60,209 bases of DNA from NCBI GenBank assembly GCA_038247355.1, contig JBBRUZ010000001.1:1-60209 (forward strand), in the 5' to 3' direction. Position 1 is the stretch's first letter. Every line of letters begins with the position of its first letter. The notes under the pieces were generated by a model. That model saw only the letters and a list, made by a program, of their open reading frames with translations. It was not told where the DNA came from and did not search any database. This document shows positions 31,033 through 41,499 of this stretch, piece by piece. The DNA comes from Rhodobacterales bacterium (GTDB taxonomy: Bacteria > Pseudomonadota > Alphaproteobacteria > Rhodobacterales > Rhodobacteraceae). Both the position numbers and the translations under genes were made by a program.

Positions 31033-31551
31033 ATGGCGGCGCGCGACCAGGGTCAGGCCCCAACGGCAGTGCTCGCCGAGCCGGCGCGCGTGCTGATCGT
31101 CGCGGCGCCGTTCTATCGCGCCATCGCCGATCAACTGATCGCCGGCGCCCGCACAGCGCTCGATGCCGGTCGCGCCGCCTCCGAGATCGTTGAAGTCCCC
31201 GGCGCGCTCGAGCTCCCCACCGCGATCCGTCTGGCGTCCCGCGCTGCGCGGTTCGACGGCTACGTGGCGCTTGGCTGCGTCATCCGGGGCGAGACAACGC
31301 ATTACGATACCGTATGCGCCGACAGTTCGCGCGGGCTGACGCTGCTCGGCCTCGACGGCCTGTGCATCGGCAACGGCATCCTCACCGTCGAGAACGAGAC
31401 CCAGGCCCAAGTCCGTGCCGATCCGGCCGGCATGAACAAGGGCGGCGGCGCGGCGGAGGCCTGCCTGCACTTGATCGCCCTTGTCCGCCGCTTCGCCCCT
31501 GCGTCATCCCCGGCCCTCGCCCGCGCGACCGATCGCGAACCGGCGGGATGA
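31033..31551 (+). CDS. ribH: 6,7-dimethyl-8-ribityllumazine synthase
   Basis: Motifs VPGALELP, LGCVIRGETTHY and NKGGGAAEA. Confidence 0.95.
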   Translation: MAARDQGQAPTAVLAEPARVLIVAAPFYRAIADQLIAGARTALDAGRAASEIVEVPGALELPTAIRLASRAARFDGYVALGCVIRGETTHYDTVCADSSRGLTLLGLDGLCIGNGILTVENETQAQVRADPAGMNKGGGAAEACLHLIALVRRFAPASSPALARATDREPAG

Positions 31552-32036
31552 CGGCGGCCAAGAGCATGAAGCTCACTGCCGCCCAGGCAAGGCGAATGCG
31601 CACCACCGCCCGGTTTTACGCGGTGCAGGCGCTGTTCCAGATGGAGGCGGCGGAGGTCGGGCTCGAGACGATCATCGAGGAATTCCTGACGCACCGTGTC
31701 GGCGCGGTCATCGACGGCGTGCGCTTTGGCGATGCCGACGTGCCGCATTTCCGCAACCTGCTCGGCGTCGCCGTGGCCGAACAGGCGCTCATCGACCAGA
31801 TGACCCACCGCGCGCTCGTGGCGCGCTGGCCCATCGAACGGATCGACCCGACGCTGCGCGCGCTGTTTCGCGCCGCCGGGGCCGAACTCGTCGGCGCCGA
31901 CACGCCGCCGAAGGTGACGATCACCGAGTATCTCGAAATCGCCAAGGCGTTCTATCCCGACGGCAAGGAAGCGAAATTCGTCAACGGCGTGCTCGACCAC
32001 ATGGCCCGCGAAGCCCGCCCCGACGCCTTCGCCTGA
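31548..32036 (+). CDS. nusB: Transcription antitermination factor NusB
   Basis: Motifs ARFYAVQALFQ, RIDPTLRA, ITEY and FVNGVLD; follows ribH. Confidence 0.94.
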   Translation: MTAAKSMKLTAAQARRMRTTARFYAVQALFQMEAAEVGLETIIEEFLTHRVGAVIDGVRFGDADVPHFRNLLGVAVAEQALIDQMTHRALVARWPIERIDPTLRALFRAAGAELVGADTPPKVTITEYLEIAKAFYPDGKEAKFVNGVLDHMAREARPDAFA

Positions 32037-32259
32037 ACCTTGGGGGCTCGGGTCTCGGGTGCCCGACCCGGCCGGCGCCGCGCATGTCCGCGCAGGCGCG
32101 ACAAGCCGATGGCTATCTGTCCGGTCATGTAGGTCTCGCTGGTTCCGATCGTCGCCGATGGGGACGATGCACCGAATGGACGTGCCGGAACGATGGCGCC
32201 ACGGCGGCGGAAACGTCGCAATCGTCGCCGTGCGGCGCGGCCCCGGAACCGGGCTCCGT

Positions 32260-34506
32260 TCACCCGAACCGGGTTTCGCGCGGAAAGCCCCGCGGCGCCA
32301 TCCGCCCGGCGCCCGCCCGCGCGCCGATCCATTCGGCGAGATCGGCGGCGGTCACCGTTCGCGTCCGCCCCGCCGGGTCTTTCCAGGTGAGCCCGTCGGC
32401 CAACGCGAACCCCGTTGCGTCCGAAAGGCCGCCGTCCTTGTACTTCTGCAGCCGCACGCCCTTGCCGCGGGTCATCTCGGGCAGTTCCGTGCGCGCGAAG
32501 ACCAGCATCTTGCGGTTCTCGCCGATCACCGCGACATGATCGCCCGTCAGGCGCCGGCAGACCCGCGCCCGGCTTCCCGGCGCGAGGTTGAGCACCTGCT
32601 TGCCCGCCCGCGTCTGCGCCGCCGCGTCGTCCTCGGGCAGCACGAAACCGTCGCCGGCGCCCGACGCCACCAGCAATCGCTCGCCCGGCCTATGAACGAG
32701 CAGCGCCAGCATCGCCGCCTCGTTGGGCAGCTCGACGAGCAGCCGCACCGGTTCGCCCATGCCGCGCCCGCCCGGTAGCGTGGCGCAGCCAAGCGTGAAC
32801 ATCCGTCCGTTCGACGCCATCAGCAGCAACTTGTCCGTGGTCTCGGCGTGGAGGAAGAACCCCGGTCCGTCGCCGTCCTTGAACTTCAGCTCGGCGTCCG
32901 CCGCAACGTGCCCCCTCATCGCGCGGATCCAGCCCATCGCCGAGCAGACCACCGTGATCGGCTCGCGCTCGATCATCGCATCGGCTGAAATCTCCTCGAC
33001 CTGGGGCGCGTCGGCGAACGTGGTGCGCCGCGCCCCGCCCGGCGCGGCCTTGCCGAACGCCTTGCGCACCGCGCGCAATTCCTCCGCGATCCGCGCCCAT
33101 TGCAGCGCCTCCGACCCGAGCAGCGCCACGAGTTCCGCCCGCTCCGCGACAAGCGCGCCGCGCTCGGCCCGCAGCTCCATTTCCTCGAGGCGGCGCAAAC
33201 TCCGCAGCCGCGTGTTCAGGATCGCTTCCGCCTGCACGTCGCTGAGCGCGAACTCCGCCATCATCACGGGCTTCGGCTCGTCCTCGGTGCGGATGATCGC
33301 GATGACCCGGTCGAGATTGAGGTAAGCGATCAGCAGCCCTTCGAGCACCTCCAGCCGCGCGTCGATCCGTCCCAGCCGAAAGCGGGCGCGCCGCAGCAAC
33401 ACGTCGCGCCGATGATCGAGGAAGGCCCGCAACACCTCCTTCAGCGAACAGACCTGCGGCGTGCGCCCGTCGATCAGCACGTTGAGGTTCATCGCGAACC
33501 GCGTCTCGAGATCGCTGGCGCGAAACAGCATCTCCATCAGCACCTGCGGATCGACGGTGCGCGCCCGCGGCTCCAGCACGATCCGCAAGTCCTCGGCGCT
33601 TTCGTCGCGCACGTCGGCGAGGACGGGGATTTTCCTGAGGTTGATGATCTCCGCGATCCGCTCGATCAGCTTCCCTTTCTGAACCTGATAGGGGATCTCG
33701 GTGACGACGATCTGCCACTGCCCGCGCCCGAGGTCCTCGATCCCCCAGCGCGCCCGCAGCCGGAACGAGCCCTTGCCGGTCACGTAGCCTTGCCTGACGT
33801 TAACCCGCGGCTCGACGATGATCCCCCCCGTCGGGAAATCCGGTCCCTCCACGAAGTCGAGGAGCCGCTCGTCCGTCGCATCCGGCGCCTTGATCAGATG
33901 CAGGCAGGCGCCCACCAGCTCGTCGATGTTGTGAGGCGGGATGTTGGTCGCCATGCCGACGGCGATCCCCGAAGAGCCGTTGGCCAGCAGGTTCGGGAAC
34001 GATGCAGGCAGCACCACCGGCTCGCGCTCGGAGCCGTCGTAGTTGTCGCGGAAATCGACCGCGTCCTCGGCCAGCCCGTCCATCAGCGCCGCCGCCGCGC
34101 GCGTCAGCCGCGCCTCGGTGTAGCGTTGCGCCGCCGGATTGTCGCCGTCGATGTTGCCGAAATTGCCCTGACCATCGACCAGCGGATAGCGGACGTTAAA
34201 ATCTTGCGCGAGCCGCGCCAGCGCCTCGTAGATCGAGGCGTCGCCGTGCGGATGGTAATTGCCCATCACTTCGCCGACGATCTTAGCGCATTTTCGGAAC
34301 GCGGTCCCCGGATCGAGCCGCAAGCCCCGCATCGCGAAGAGGATGCGCCGGTGCACCGGTTTCAACCCGTCGCGCGCGTCCGGCAGCGCCCGGTGCATGA
34401 TAGTGCTCAGCGCATAGGTCAGATAGCGCTCGCCGAGCGCGCGCGCCAGCGGTTCGGATGTCACCTCGCCGGCGGGCGGCGCGGGATCGTCGATCGGATC
34501 GGCCAT
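32260..34506 (-). CDS. parC: DNA topoisomerase IV subunit A
   Basis: Motifs [29 protein letters not shown] and [10 protein letters not shown]. The short CTD has no GyrA box. Confidence 0.96.
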   Translation of the reverse strand: MADPIDDPAPPAGEVTSEPLARALGERYLTYALSTIMHRALPDARDGLKPVHRRILFAMRGLRLDPGTAFRKCAKIVGEVMGNYHPHGDASIYEALARLAQDFNVRYPLVDGQGNFGNIDGDNPAAQRYTEARLTRAAAALMDGLAEDAVDFRDNYDGSEREPVVLPASFPNLLANGSSGIAVGMATNIPPHNIDELVGACLHLIKAPDATDERLLDFVEGPDFPTGGIIVEPRVNVRQGYVTGKGSFRLRARWGIEDLGRGQWQIVVTEIPYQVQKGKLIERIAEIINLRKIPVLADVRDESAEDLRIVLEPRARTVDPQVLMEMLFRASDLETRFAMNLNVLIDGRTPQVCSLKEVLRAFLDHRRDVLLRRARFRLGRIDARLEVLEGLLIAYLNLDRVIAIIRTEDEPKPVMMAEFALSDVQAEAILNTRLRSLRRLEEMELRAERGALVAERAELVALLGSEALQWARIAEELRAVRKAFGKAAPGGARRTTFADAPQVEEISADAMIEREPITVVCSAMGWIRAMRGHVAADAELKFKDGDGPGFFLHAETTDKLLLMASNGRMFTLGCATLPGGRGMGEPVRLLVELPNEAAMLALLVHRPGERLLVASGAGDGFVLPEDDAAAQTRAGKQVLNLAPGSRARVCRRLTGDHVAVIGENRKMLVFARTELPEMTRGKGVRLQKYKDGGLSDATGFALADGLTWKDPAGRTRTVTAADLAEWIGARAGAGRMAPRGFPRETRFG

Positions 34507-34662
34507 GGGGCATGACCTAGCGCCCGCGGGCGGGCCGGTCCAGCGCTAAGCGCCAGCCGCGCAGCGCCGGAGGAGTTCCCCCTTCGCCGCTTTGAAAAGC
34601 CGCCGACGGCGCTTGCGCCCACTCCGGGGCGCAGCCACATTGCGCGCCGGGAGGAGCGGCCC

Positions 34663-34797
34663 ATGGCGCGACGGCGGGTGGTTTGGGCGCAGGTCGTCGC
34701 GGGCGGCGGCGCGGCCATGACCGGGCCGCAGCACCTGACCGTCTCCGCGATCACGTCGGCCGGGGGCGTCGCCGCGCGCGCGGTCCATCGGCGATGA
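34663..34797 (+). CDS. Small hypothetical ORF (44 aa), possibly a remnant
   Basis: Strong RBS GGAGGAG and MARRRVVWAQVVAGGG.... Its stop overlaps the SDR start (ATGA). Confidence 0.35.
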   Translation: MARRRVVWAQVVAGGGAAMTGPQHLTVSAITSAGGVAARAVHRR

Positions 34798-35624
34798 GCC
34801 GCACAGTCCTGATCACCGGCTGCTCGTCAGGGATCGGGCTCGATGCGGCGCGGACGCTGACCACCCGCGGCTGGCGCGTCTTCGCCACCTGTCGCAACCC
34901 AGCCGATTGCGAGCGGCTCCGCGCCGAGGGGATCGAGAGCTTCCCGCTCGATCTCGCAGACGCGGACAGCGTCGCCGCGGGCGCAGCCGAAGCGCTCGCC
35001 CGCTCGGGCGGCCACCTCGACGCGCTCTTCAACAACGGCGCCTACGCCATTCCCGGCGCGGTCGAGGACCTGCCCCGCGACGCGCTGCGCGCAATTTTCG
35101 AGACCAACGTGTTTGGCCAGGTGGACCTCACGAACCGCGTGCTGCCGGCCATGCGCGCCAACGGCGGCGGTCGCATCGTGATGAACTCCTCGGTGCTCGG
35201 CCTCGCGGCGCTGCCGTGGCGGGGGGCCTATGTCGCGACGAAATTCGCACTTGAAGGCGTCACCGACGCGCTGCGGCTCGAGCTGCGCGGCTCCGGCGTC
35301 CGGGTGATCCTGATCGAACCAGGGCCTATCGCCACCGCTTTTCGCGCCAATTGCATCCCACCGTTCGAGCGCTGGATCGACTGGCGCGCATCGCCGCATG
35401 CGGAGGCCTACGCGCGGACGCTGCTCGTGCGCCTCTATGCGACCGACCCGACGAAGGACCGCTTCGAACTCCCCGCCGGGGCGGTCACGGCGAAGCTGAT
35501 CCGCGCGCTCGAGAGCCCCAGCCCGGCGCCGCGTTACTACGTCACCACCGCCACTCACCTGTTGGCCGCCGCCAAGCGCCTGCTGCCGACGCGCTTGCTC
35601 GACGCGCTCGCCGGAGGCCTCTAG
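34794..35624 (+). CDS. SDR-family oxidoreductase (YbbO-like)
   Basis: Motifs ITGCSSGIG, NNGAY, SS and YVATKFA. Confidence 0.92.
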   Translation: MSRTVLITGCSSGIGLDAARTLTTRGWRVFATCRNPADCERLRAEGIESFPLDLADADSVAAGAAEALARSGGHLDALFNNGAYAIPGAVEDLPRDALRAIFETNVFGQVDLTNRVLPAMRANGGGRIVMNSSVLGLAALPWRGAYVATKFALEGVTDALRLELRGSGVRVILIEPGPIATAFRANCIPPFERWIDWRASPHAEAYARTLLVRLYATDPTKDRFELPAGAVTAKLIRALESPSPAPRYYVTTATHLLAAAKRLLPTRLLDALAGGL

Positions 35625-35669
35625 TCGGCTGGATCGACCGATTCCGCGCGCCGTCGCGCAACCCGGCCG

Positions 35670-36458
35670 CTACCGCTTCGGCGATTCGCCGAAATCCGAC
35701 AGCACCGCTTCGAACGGCTCGGGCATGACCTTGATCGAACCAGCGAACGGATGGTCGATCGCGATGATTGTCAACAGACCGAGGAATATCACGACCGAGA
35801 GCGCTCCCGTCATCAGGACCTGCTCCCGCAGATTCTCGGTGCCGAAGAAGAAGGTGAAGCCGATGGTGACATAGGCCCCGAAAAACAGCACGAGCCAGAC
35901 GATCCCGGGCACGGTCCTCAAGGCTTCCACCACGCGCGCGCGGCGGGTCTGCGTGACGACGTCGAGCTGCCGCAGTCCCACCGCCAGGACGGCCGCGCCG
36001 CGCTGATCGACCGGTTCGTGGCGAAGCAACGCCGAATAGACGGCGTCAAGGGCCCTGATCGCGATCGGACTCTCGTCGCCGCGCTCCATCGCCGGCCAGT
36101 TCTCGGTGATCACCGCATTCAGATAGACCGTGATGGCGTCGCGAAGCTCGACTCCCGCGATGTTCCCCATTCCGTCCGCGAGCCGGTAGATCGTCGCGGC
36201 GGCCCCGGCCTCCATCGCGACATTGCTCTCGGCCCCGTTCAACCTCTCCCAGACGACGAGAACCGCGAAGGCGAGGAGCACGGCGTAAAGGACGCCGACC
36301 GTAGCGAACTTAAAGCCGGCCACCTCGTTGTTCTTCTTCAGGCGGTCCAATGTCACCTACCGGCGAACCAGTACAGTGCCCGTCATCGCGAAACAGGCGG
36401 TGGCGACGACCAGGACAGTTCCGACGATCCAGAGCGGTGACGTAGTCAGATTTAGCAT
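35670..36458 (-). pseudogene. DUF4239-like membrane protein with an in-frame TAG at 36357-36359
   Basis: MLNLTTSPLW...LVRR*VTLDRLKKNNEVAGFKFATVGVLYAVLLAF...IDHPFAG is in a single frame. A restart at GTG 36356 is possible. Confidence 0.7.
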
Positions 36459-36604
36459 GGCCCGAACCCTCGTCGCGCTCCCTACGCGATTAGCGTTCAC
36501 CGGTGCGGGTCTGTCCAGAGCATGCCCCGGGAATTCTGAGCGCCACATCAACGCGCCGACGCGGGCCGGATCGTCCGCGGCCCGCCCGCACCTTCACGCG
36601 CGCC

Positions 36605-36913
36605 TCACACCACCGCGTCGGCCCATTCGATGGCGCGGCCCTCGGCGGCCAGCGCGTCCGCGATGTCGATCACTGGCTCGATGTGGATGTTGAGGCCGGC
36701 GAATGCCGCCGCCTCGCTGTGCACGGAGCCCAGATCGTCCGCCTCGAAGACGACATACCCGCCCGGGTCGCCCACCTTCAGCACGAAATGATGGATCAGC
36801 ACGCCCTCGGGCCGCCGCCAGGCGCGCATCACGTCGAGCATTCGCTGTTGACCCGCGCTGTAATCGGCGGTCGTGCCATGCCGCTTCTTTTTCCACGTCA
36901 TCACGTATTTCAT
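36605..36913 (-). CDS. DUF3303-like small protein
   Basis: MKYVMTW...GGYVVFEADD...IEPVID, with RBS AGGGA. Confidence 0.65.
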   Translation of the reverse strand: MKYVMTWKKKRHGTTADYSAGQQRMLDVMRAWRRPEGVLIHHFVLKVGDPGGYVVFEADDLGSVHSEAAAFAGLNIHIEPVIDIADALAAEGRAIEWADAVV

Positions 36914-37135
36914 ATGTTCCCTCCGACTACGAGTGAGTTGGGGCCGAAAATCGGCCCGACCGAGAGCACCAGGCAAGCTCTAAAAACGTCCATCCAACGT
37001 AGCGACGTTACACCAGTCGGCGCCGATTTCCAAGCACCGGGTGTCCGGGCGCCGGGCGCTCGACACGACAGCCCTTGCCGTGCCTCGAAAAACCGTTACC
37101 TCCGTCTGACGACCTCGTAAAAAAGGCAGCCCCCG

Positions 37136-37333
37136 ATGTCTCGCGATCCGCTGTTCATCGTCGCCCTGATAGCATGCTTCGCCGTCCTTGGCGTTCTGGT
37201 GATCGGCGTGCTCGGCTTTGCGCGGGGCGGCGAGTTCAACAGGAAATATGCAAACAAGATCATGCAGTTGCGACTACTTCTCCAGTTCGTCGCGGTGCTT
37301 TTGATCCTGCTATTCGTCTATTTTTCGCAATAG
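37136..37333 (+). CDS. Twin-transmembrane-helix small protein (HIG1-like)
   Basis: 65 aa, two TM segments, GGEFNRKYANKIMQLR; usual position upstream of the PduO-type gene. Confidence 0.88.
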   Translation: MSRDPLFIVALIACFAVLGVLVIGVLGFARGGEFNRKYANKIMQLRLLLQFVAVLLILLFVYFSQ

Positions 37334-37342
37334 GGGCCCAGC

Positions 37343-37915
37343 ATGGTCGTGCTCAACCGCATCTACACCAAGACCGGCGACGACGGCGAAACCGCGCTCG
37401 GCAACGGCGTGCGCGTCGCAAAACACTCGCTTCGCGTCACCGCATACGGCACCGTCGACGAGCTGAACGCCACACTCGGCCTCGCCCGCCTCCATGCCGA
37501 GGACGCCATCGACGAATACCTCGCGCGCATCCAGAACGACCTCTTCGATCTCGGCGCCGATCTCTGCACACCCGATATCGAGAACGACGCCAGCGCCAGA
37601 CATCCCCGCCTGCGCATCGTGGCGTCCCAGGTCGCGCGTCTCGAAGCCGAGATCGACGCGTTCAACGTCCGCCTCGATCCGTTGCAAAGTTTCATTCTGC
37701 CCGGCGGCTCGCCGCTCTCGGCGTATCTCCATCTCTGCCGCACCGTCTGCCGCCGCGCCGAGCGGCACGTCGTCGAGGTCGCCACGATGGAGACGATCAA
37801 CACCGAAGCGGTCAAGTTTCTCAACCGCCTGTCCGACTGGTTCTTCGTGGTCGGCCGGATCGCCAACGACGATGGCCGCGCCGACGTGCTCTGGGTTCCG
37901 GGCGCGACCCGCTGA
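37343..37915 (+). CDS. PduO-type ATP:cob(I)alamin adenosyltransferase
   Basis: Motifs IYTKTGDDG, YGTVDELN, FILPGG, RTVCRRAER and LNRLSD. Confidence 0.95.
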   Translation: MVVLNRIYTKTGDDGETALGNGVRVAKHSLRVTAYGTVDELNATLGLARLHAEDAIDEYLARIQNDLFDLGADLCTPDIENDASARHPRLRIVASQVARLEAEIDAFNVRLDPLQSFILPGGSPLSAYLHLCRTVCRRAERHVVEVATMETINTEAVKFLNRLSDWFFVVGRIANDDGRADVLWVPGATR

Positions 37916-38036
37916 AGCTCCGCCGAAGCGTGACGCGCCTGCACCATCCGCGCGACGAACGCGCGCCGTTCTACGAAAACCTTGCTTATACTTCGCGCGA
38001 CCGCGCCGCGCCGGCTGCGGTCGTCAGGGAGCGGAG

Positions 38037-38699
38037 ATGCCGAGCGTAGCGCGCATCGACGGGGTCTATACGCGGGCCGAACGGATCGCGGACGCCGCCG
38101 TGCATATCGCCGGCGTAGCCGTGGCGCTGGTCGCCGCACCCGTCCTGGTGACGCTCGCAGCGCTTTGGCTTGACGACCGCGACCTCGTCATGGCGTCCAG
38201 CGTCTACGCGATCAGCTTGATCGTCATGCTCGGCTGCTCGGCGCTCTATCACATGATCCCCGCCCCCGACTGGAAAGATGCGCTGCGTCGGCTGGACCAG
38301 TCGGCGATATACGTCAAGATCGCAGGGACCTACACGCCCTTCGCGGTCATGTCGGGTCCGCAGGCAACGCCCTTTCTCGTCGGGCTCTGGGCGGCGGCGG
38401 CCGCTGGCGTCTCGCTGAAGCTGCTGACTTCGCGCAAGCTGTTCGGGGCCACCATAGCACTTTACCTCGCCATGGGCTGGGCAGCGGTCGCGCTCGGCGC
38501 CCCTATCCTCGACCGGATGACTGCCGAAGGCTACCGACTGGCGACGATCGGCGGCAGCCTCTACACCGTTGGCGTCCTCTTTCTGGTATGGGAGCGAATG
38601 CCGTTCCACAACACGATCTGGCACGTCTTCGTCCTGACCGCGAGCCTTATGCTCTATGCTGCGGTGCTGATCGAATTGGCGGATGTCGCTCGGGTGTGA
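38037..38699 (+). CDS. Hemolysin III / PAQR-family membrane protein
   Basis: Motifs SALYH, RRLDQSAIY, IAGTYTP, YLAMGW and HNTIWHVFV. Confidence 0.92.
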   Translation: MPSVARIDGVYTRAERIADAAVHIAGVAVALVAAPVLVTLAALWLDDRDLVMASSVYAISLIVMLGCSALYHMIPAPDWKDALRRLDQSAIYVKIAGTYTPFAVMSGPQATPFLVGLWAAAAAGVSLKLLTSRKLFGATIALYLAMGWAAVALGAPILDRMTAEGYRLATIGGSLYTVGVLFLVWERMPFHNTIWHVFVLTASLMLYAAVLIELADVARV

Positions 38700-38854
38700 C
38701 GCTCCTCCGCAGGGCGTTCGCCGACCGAAACGACGACGCGCTGGCCGCGGCGAATGACCGCCGGGGCCTCGCCGCGCGAAATGTGATTTCGCCTTGTTCA
38801 GCGCCGCGAAAACGGCATAGGGACTGAAGCGGCAGCGGTTTGGTGGAGGAATTG

Positions 38855-39616
38855 ATGAAGATACTCGTGCCGGTCAAGCGGGTGATCGACTACAACGTCA
38901 AGGCGCGGGTCAAGGCCGACGGTTCGGGCGTCGAGCTCACGAACGTGAAGATGTCGATGAATCCGTTCGACGAGATCGCCGTCGAGGAGGCGATCCGCAT
39001 CAAGGAGAAGGGCCTCGCCACCGAGATCGTCGCCGTCTCGATCGGCGTGAAGCAGGCGCAGGAGACGCTGCGCACCGCCCTCGCCATGGGCGCCGACCGC
39101 GCCATTCTGATCGTGGCTTCCGAAGACGTGAGCCAGGATATCGAGCCCCTCGCCGTCGCAAAGCTGCTGAAAGCCGTGATCGCCGCAGAGGCGCCGGGGC
39201 TCGTCATCGCCGGCAAGCAGGCGATCGACAACGACATGAACGCCACCGGCCAGATGCTCGCGGCGCTTCTCGGCTGGCCGCAAGCCACCTTCGCCTCCGA
39301 GATCCGGCTCGACGGCGATCACGCCGAGGTCACCCGCGAGGTCGACGGCGGCCTGCAGACGATCCGCGTCGTCCTTCCCGCTATCGTCACGGTCGATCTG
39401 CGCCTGAACGAGCCGCGCTACGCCAGCCTGCCGAACATAATGAAGGCCAAGAAGAAACCGCTCGACGAAAAGACCCCCGCCGATTACGGGATCGACGTGT
39501 CGCCTCGGCTCAAGATTCTCAAGACAATCGAGCCCGCCACCCGCAAGGCGGGGGTCATGGTCGGCTCGGTCGACGAACTGGTTGCGAAGCTCAAGACCGA
39601 AGCCGGAGTGATCTGA
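38855..39616 (+). CDS. etfB: Electron transfer flavoprotein beta subunit
   Basis: Motifs [28 protein letters not shown] and NEPRYASL. Confidence 0.97.
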   Translation: MKILVPVKRVIDYNVKARVKADGSGVELTNVKMSMNPFDEIAVEEAIRIKEKGLATEIVAVSIGVKQAQETLRTALAMGADRAILIVASEDVSQDIEPLAVAKLLKAVIAAEAPGLVIAGKQAIDNDMNATGQMLAALLGWPQATFASEIRLDGDHAEVTREVDGGLQTIRVVLPAIVTVDLRLNEPRYASLPNIMKAKKKPLDEKTPADYGIDVSPRLKILKTIEPATRKAGVMVGSVDELVAKLKTEAGVI

Positions 39617-40545
39617 TGGCCATCCTTGTCTACGCCAAGCACGACAACGCGACGCTAAACGACGCGACGTCCAAGACGGTATCCGCCGCCAAGGCGCTCG
39701 GTGGCGAGATCCATGTCCTTGTCGCCGGCGAAAACTGTGGCGCGGTCGCAAGCGCCGCCGCGACGCTCGACGGCGTCGCGCGCGTCCTCCATGTCGAGGG
39801 CCCCGCCTATGCCCACCGGCTCGCCGAACCGCTGACCGACCTCGTCCTCGCGCTCGCTGGTCCGTACGATCACATCGTCTTTCCCGGCACCACCACTGGC
39901 AAGAACGTCGCTCCCCGCCTCGCCGCGAAGCTCGACGTGATGGTGATCTCGGAGGTCACCGCGGTGCTCGGCCCGGACACCTTCGAGCGCCCGATCTACG
40001 CCGGCAACGCCGTTCAGACCGTGCAATCTTCGGACGCAACGAAGGTCATCACCGTCCGCGGCGCGGCGTTCGAGAGCACCGGCGCGCAAAGCGCCTGCCC
40101 GATCGAAACACCGCCGGCGGCCGACGACCCCGGTCTTTCCACCTGGATCGAGGACAAGGTCGCCGCTTCCGACCGGCCAGAGCTCGCTTCGGCGCGGATC
40201 GTCGTCTCGGGCGGACGCGGCGTCGGCTCGCAGGAGAACTTCGCCATAATCGAGAGCCTCGCCGACACGCTCGGCGCGGCGGTCGGCGCCTCGCGCGCGG
40301 CGGTCGACTCAGGATACGCGCCCAACGACTGGCAGGTCGGGCAGACCGGCAAGGTCGTGGCCCCCGATCTCTACATCGCGGTCGGCATTTCGGGCGCCAT
40401 CCAACACCTTGCGGGCATGAAGGACAGCAAGGTTATCGTCGCGATCAACAAGGATGCCGAGGCCCCGATCTTTCAGGTCGCCGACTACGGCCTCGTCGGC
40501 GATCTGTTCCAGATCGTGCCCGAACTGAAAACGAAGCTCGTTTGA
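39616..40545 (+). CDS. etfA: Electron transfer flavoprotein alpha subunit
   Basis: Motifs [27 protein letters not shown] and GISGAIQH. Confidence 0.97.
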   Translation: MAILVYAKHDNATLNDATSKTVSAAKALGGEIHVLVAGENCGAVASAAATLDGVARVLHVEGPAYAHRLAEPLTDLVLALAGPYDHIVFPGTTTGKNVAPRLAAKLDVMVISEVTAVLGPDTFERPIYAGNAVQTVQSSDATKVITVRGAAFESTGAQSACPIETPPAADDPGLSTWIEDKVAASDRPELASARIVVSGGRGVGSQENFAIIESLADTLGAAVGASRAAVDSGYAPNDWQVGQTGKVVAPDLYIAVGISGAIQHLAGMKDSKVIVAINKDAEAPIFQVADYGLVGDLFQIVPELKTKLV

Positions 40546-40552
40546 ATGCGCC

Positions 40553-41083
40553 TTGGCGCCCGGCGATCGCCGAAGCAGCCACGGAAAGAAGCCCGGAGGG
40601 CTGGCGATCGGCAACCCACTTCGACTCGCCGCGCTGGTGACGGCGCTCGCCACGGGCCAGGTTGACGCCTTCGAGATCGCCGGCGGGATCGGGATCGACG
40701 ACCTGCGCGGCGACTTTCGCTCTGCCGTCGGCCTGGAGGTCCGGACTAACCCGCTCTGGAGCAACCGCCACGGCGCACTGGGCCTCGCCGCCGCGCTGGA
40801 GGCCGACGACGACGTCTGGGTCGGAGCCGGCCCGCTGCTGCTGGCGCCGCTTTCCTCCCGCTGGCGCATCGAGCTTAGCGTGATGCTCGGGTGGTATCAC
40901 GACGGCGGCGGCAATCATCTCGGCTCGGACTTCCCGATGTTCCGCTCGCAGATCGGCGTCAATTACGCTGTGGCCGAACTCTGGCGCATCGGCGTAGCGG
41001 TCAACCACAAATCCAACGCTCGCACGGCGGAGCGAAATCCTGGCGTCGAAACCATTTACGTCACGCTGGCCCGCCGCTTCTGA
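40553..41083 (+). CDS. Outer-membrane beta-barrel, PagL/acyloxyacyl hydrolase-like; start uncertain
   Basis: Amphipathic strands, FRSQIG, HKSNA...NPGVE and a terminal Phe. Confidence 0.8.
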   Translation: MAPGDRRSSHGKKPGGLAIGNPLRLAALVTALATGQVDAFEIAGGIGIDDLRGDFRSAVGLEVRTNPLWSNRHGALGLAAALEADDDVWVGAGPLLLAPLSSRWRIELSVMLGWYHDGGGNHLGSDFPMFRSQIGVNYAVAELWRIGVAVNHKSNARTAERNPGVETIYVTLARRF

Positions 41084-41499
41084 GCCGCCCGATCCGCTTG
41101 CGCCTCCCGAAGAGGCGTCCGCGGATGTAGGTCTGTCGCAACGCCGCCGGTCCGGCGCTGGCAATGCGCTCCGCACCCATCGCACCCGGCGTCGCTCGGG
41201 CGCACGCGGTTTTCCCTCCGCACCGGACGGGGAGTCGCGGGCCGACGTCCGCGGAACTCGGCACGAACGGTTCGCTTACCCTCGACACCATGGCGACGAG
41301 CCGTGTGACCTGTCTGCCCGATCAACTCGCGACCGACCCCGCTCAGAGATCCGCGCTTCTTCCGCCACTCGTACCACCATCGGGCGTGGAGCCACCAAAA
41401 GGACTCGCTCGGAGATCCGCAGATTTCCTGCCTCCCGTCAGCCGAACGGGCCGACGAAGCCATGCCGGTTCGTCCGGCTGGCTCAAACGACGCCGGCGA

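Noticed and set aside
5895-36359. Amber recoding or pyrrolysine suggested by two in-frame TAG codons
   Set aside because: TAG is a genuine stop at the expected ends of punA, the SDR, the HIG1-like gene, the RND adaptor and pcm. No pyl genes or suppressor tRNA are visible.
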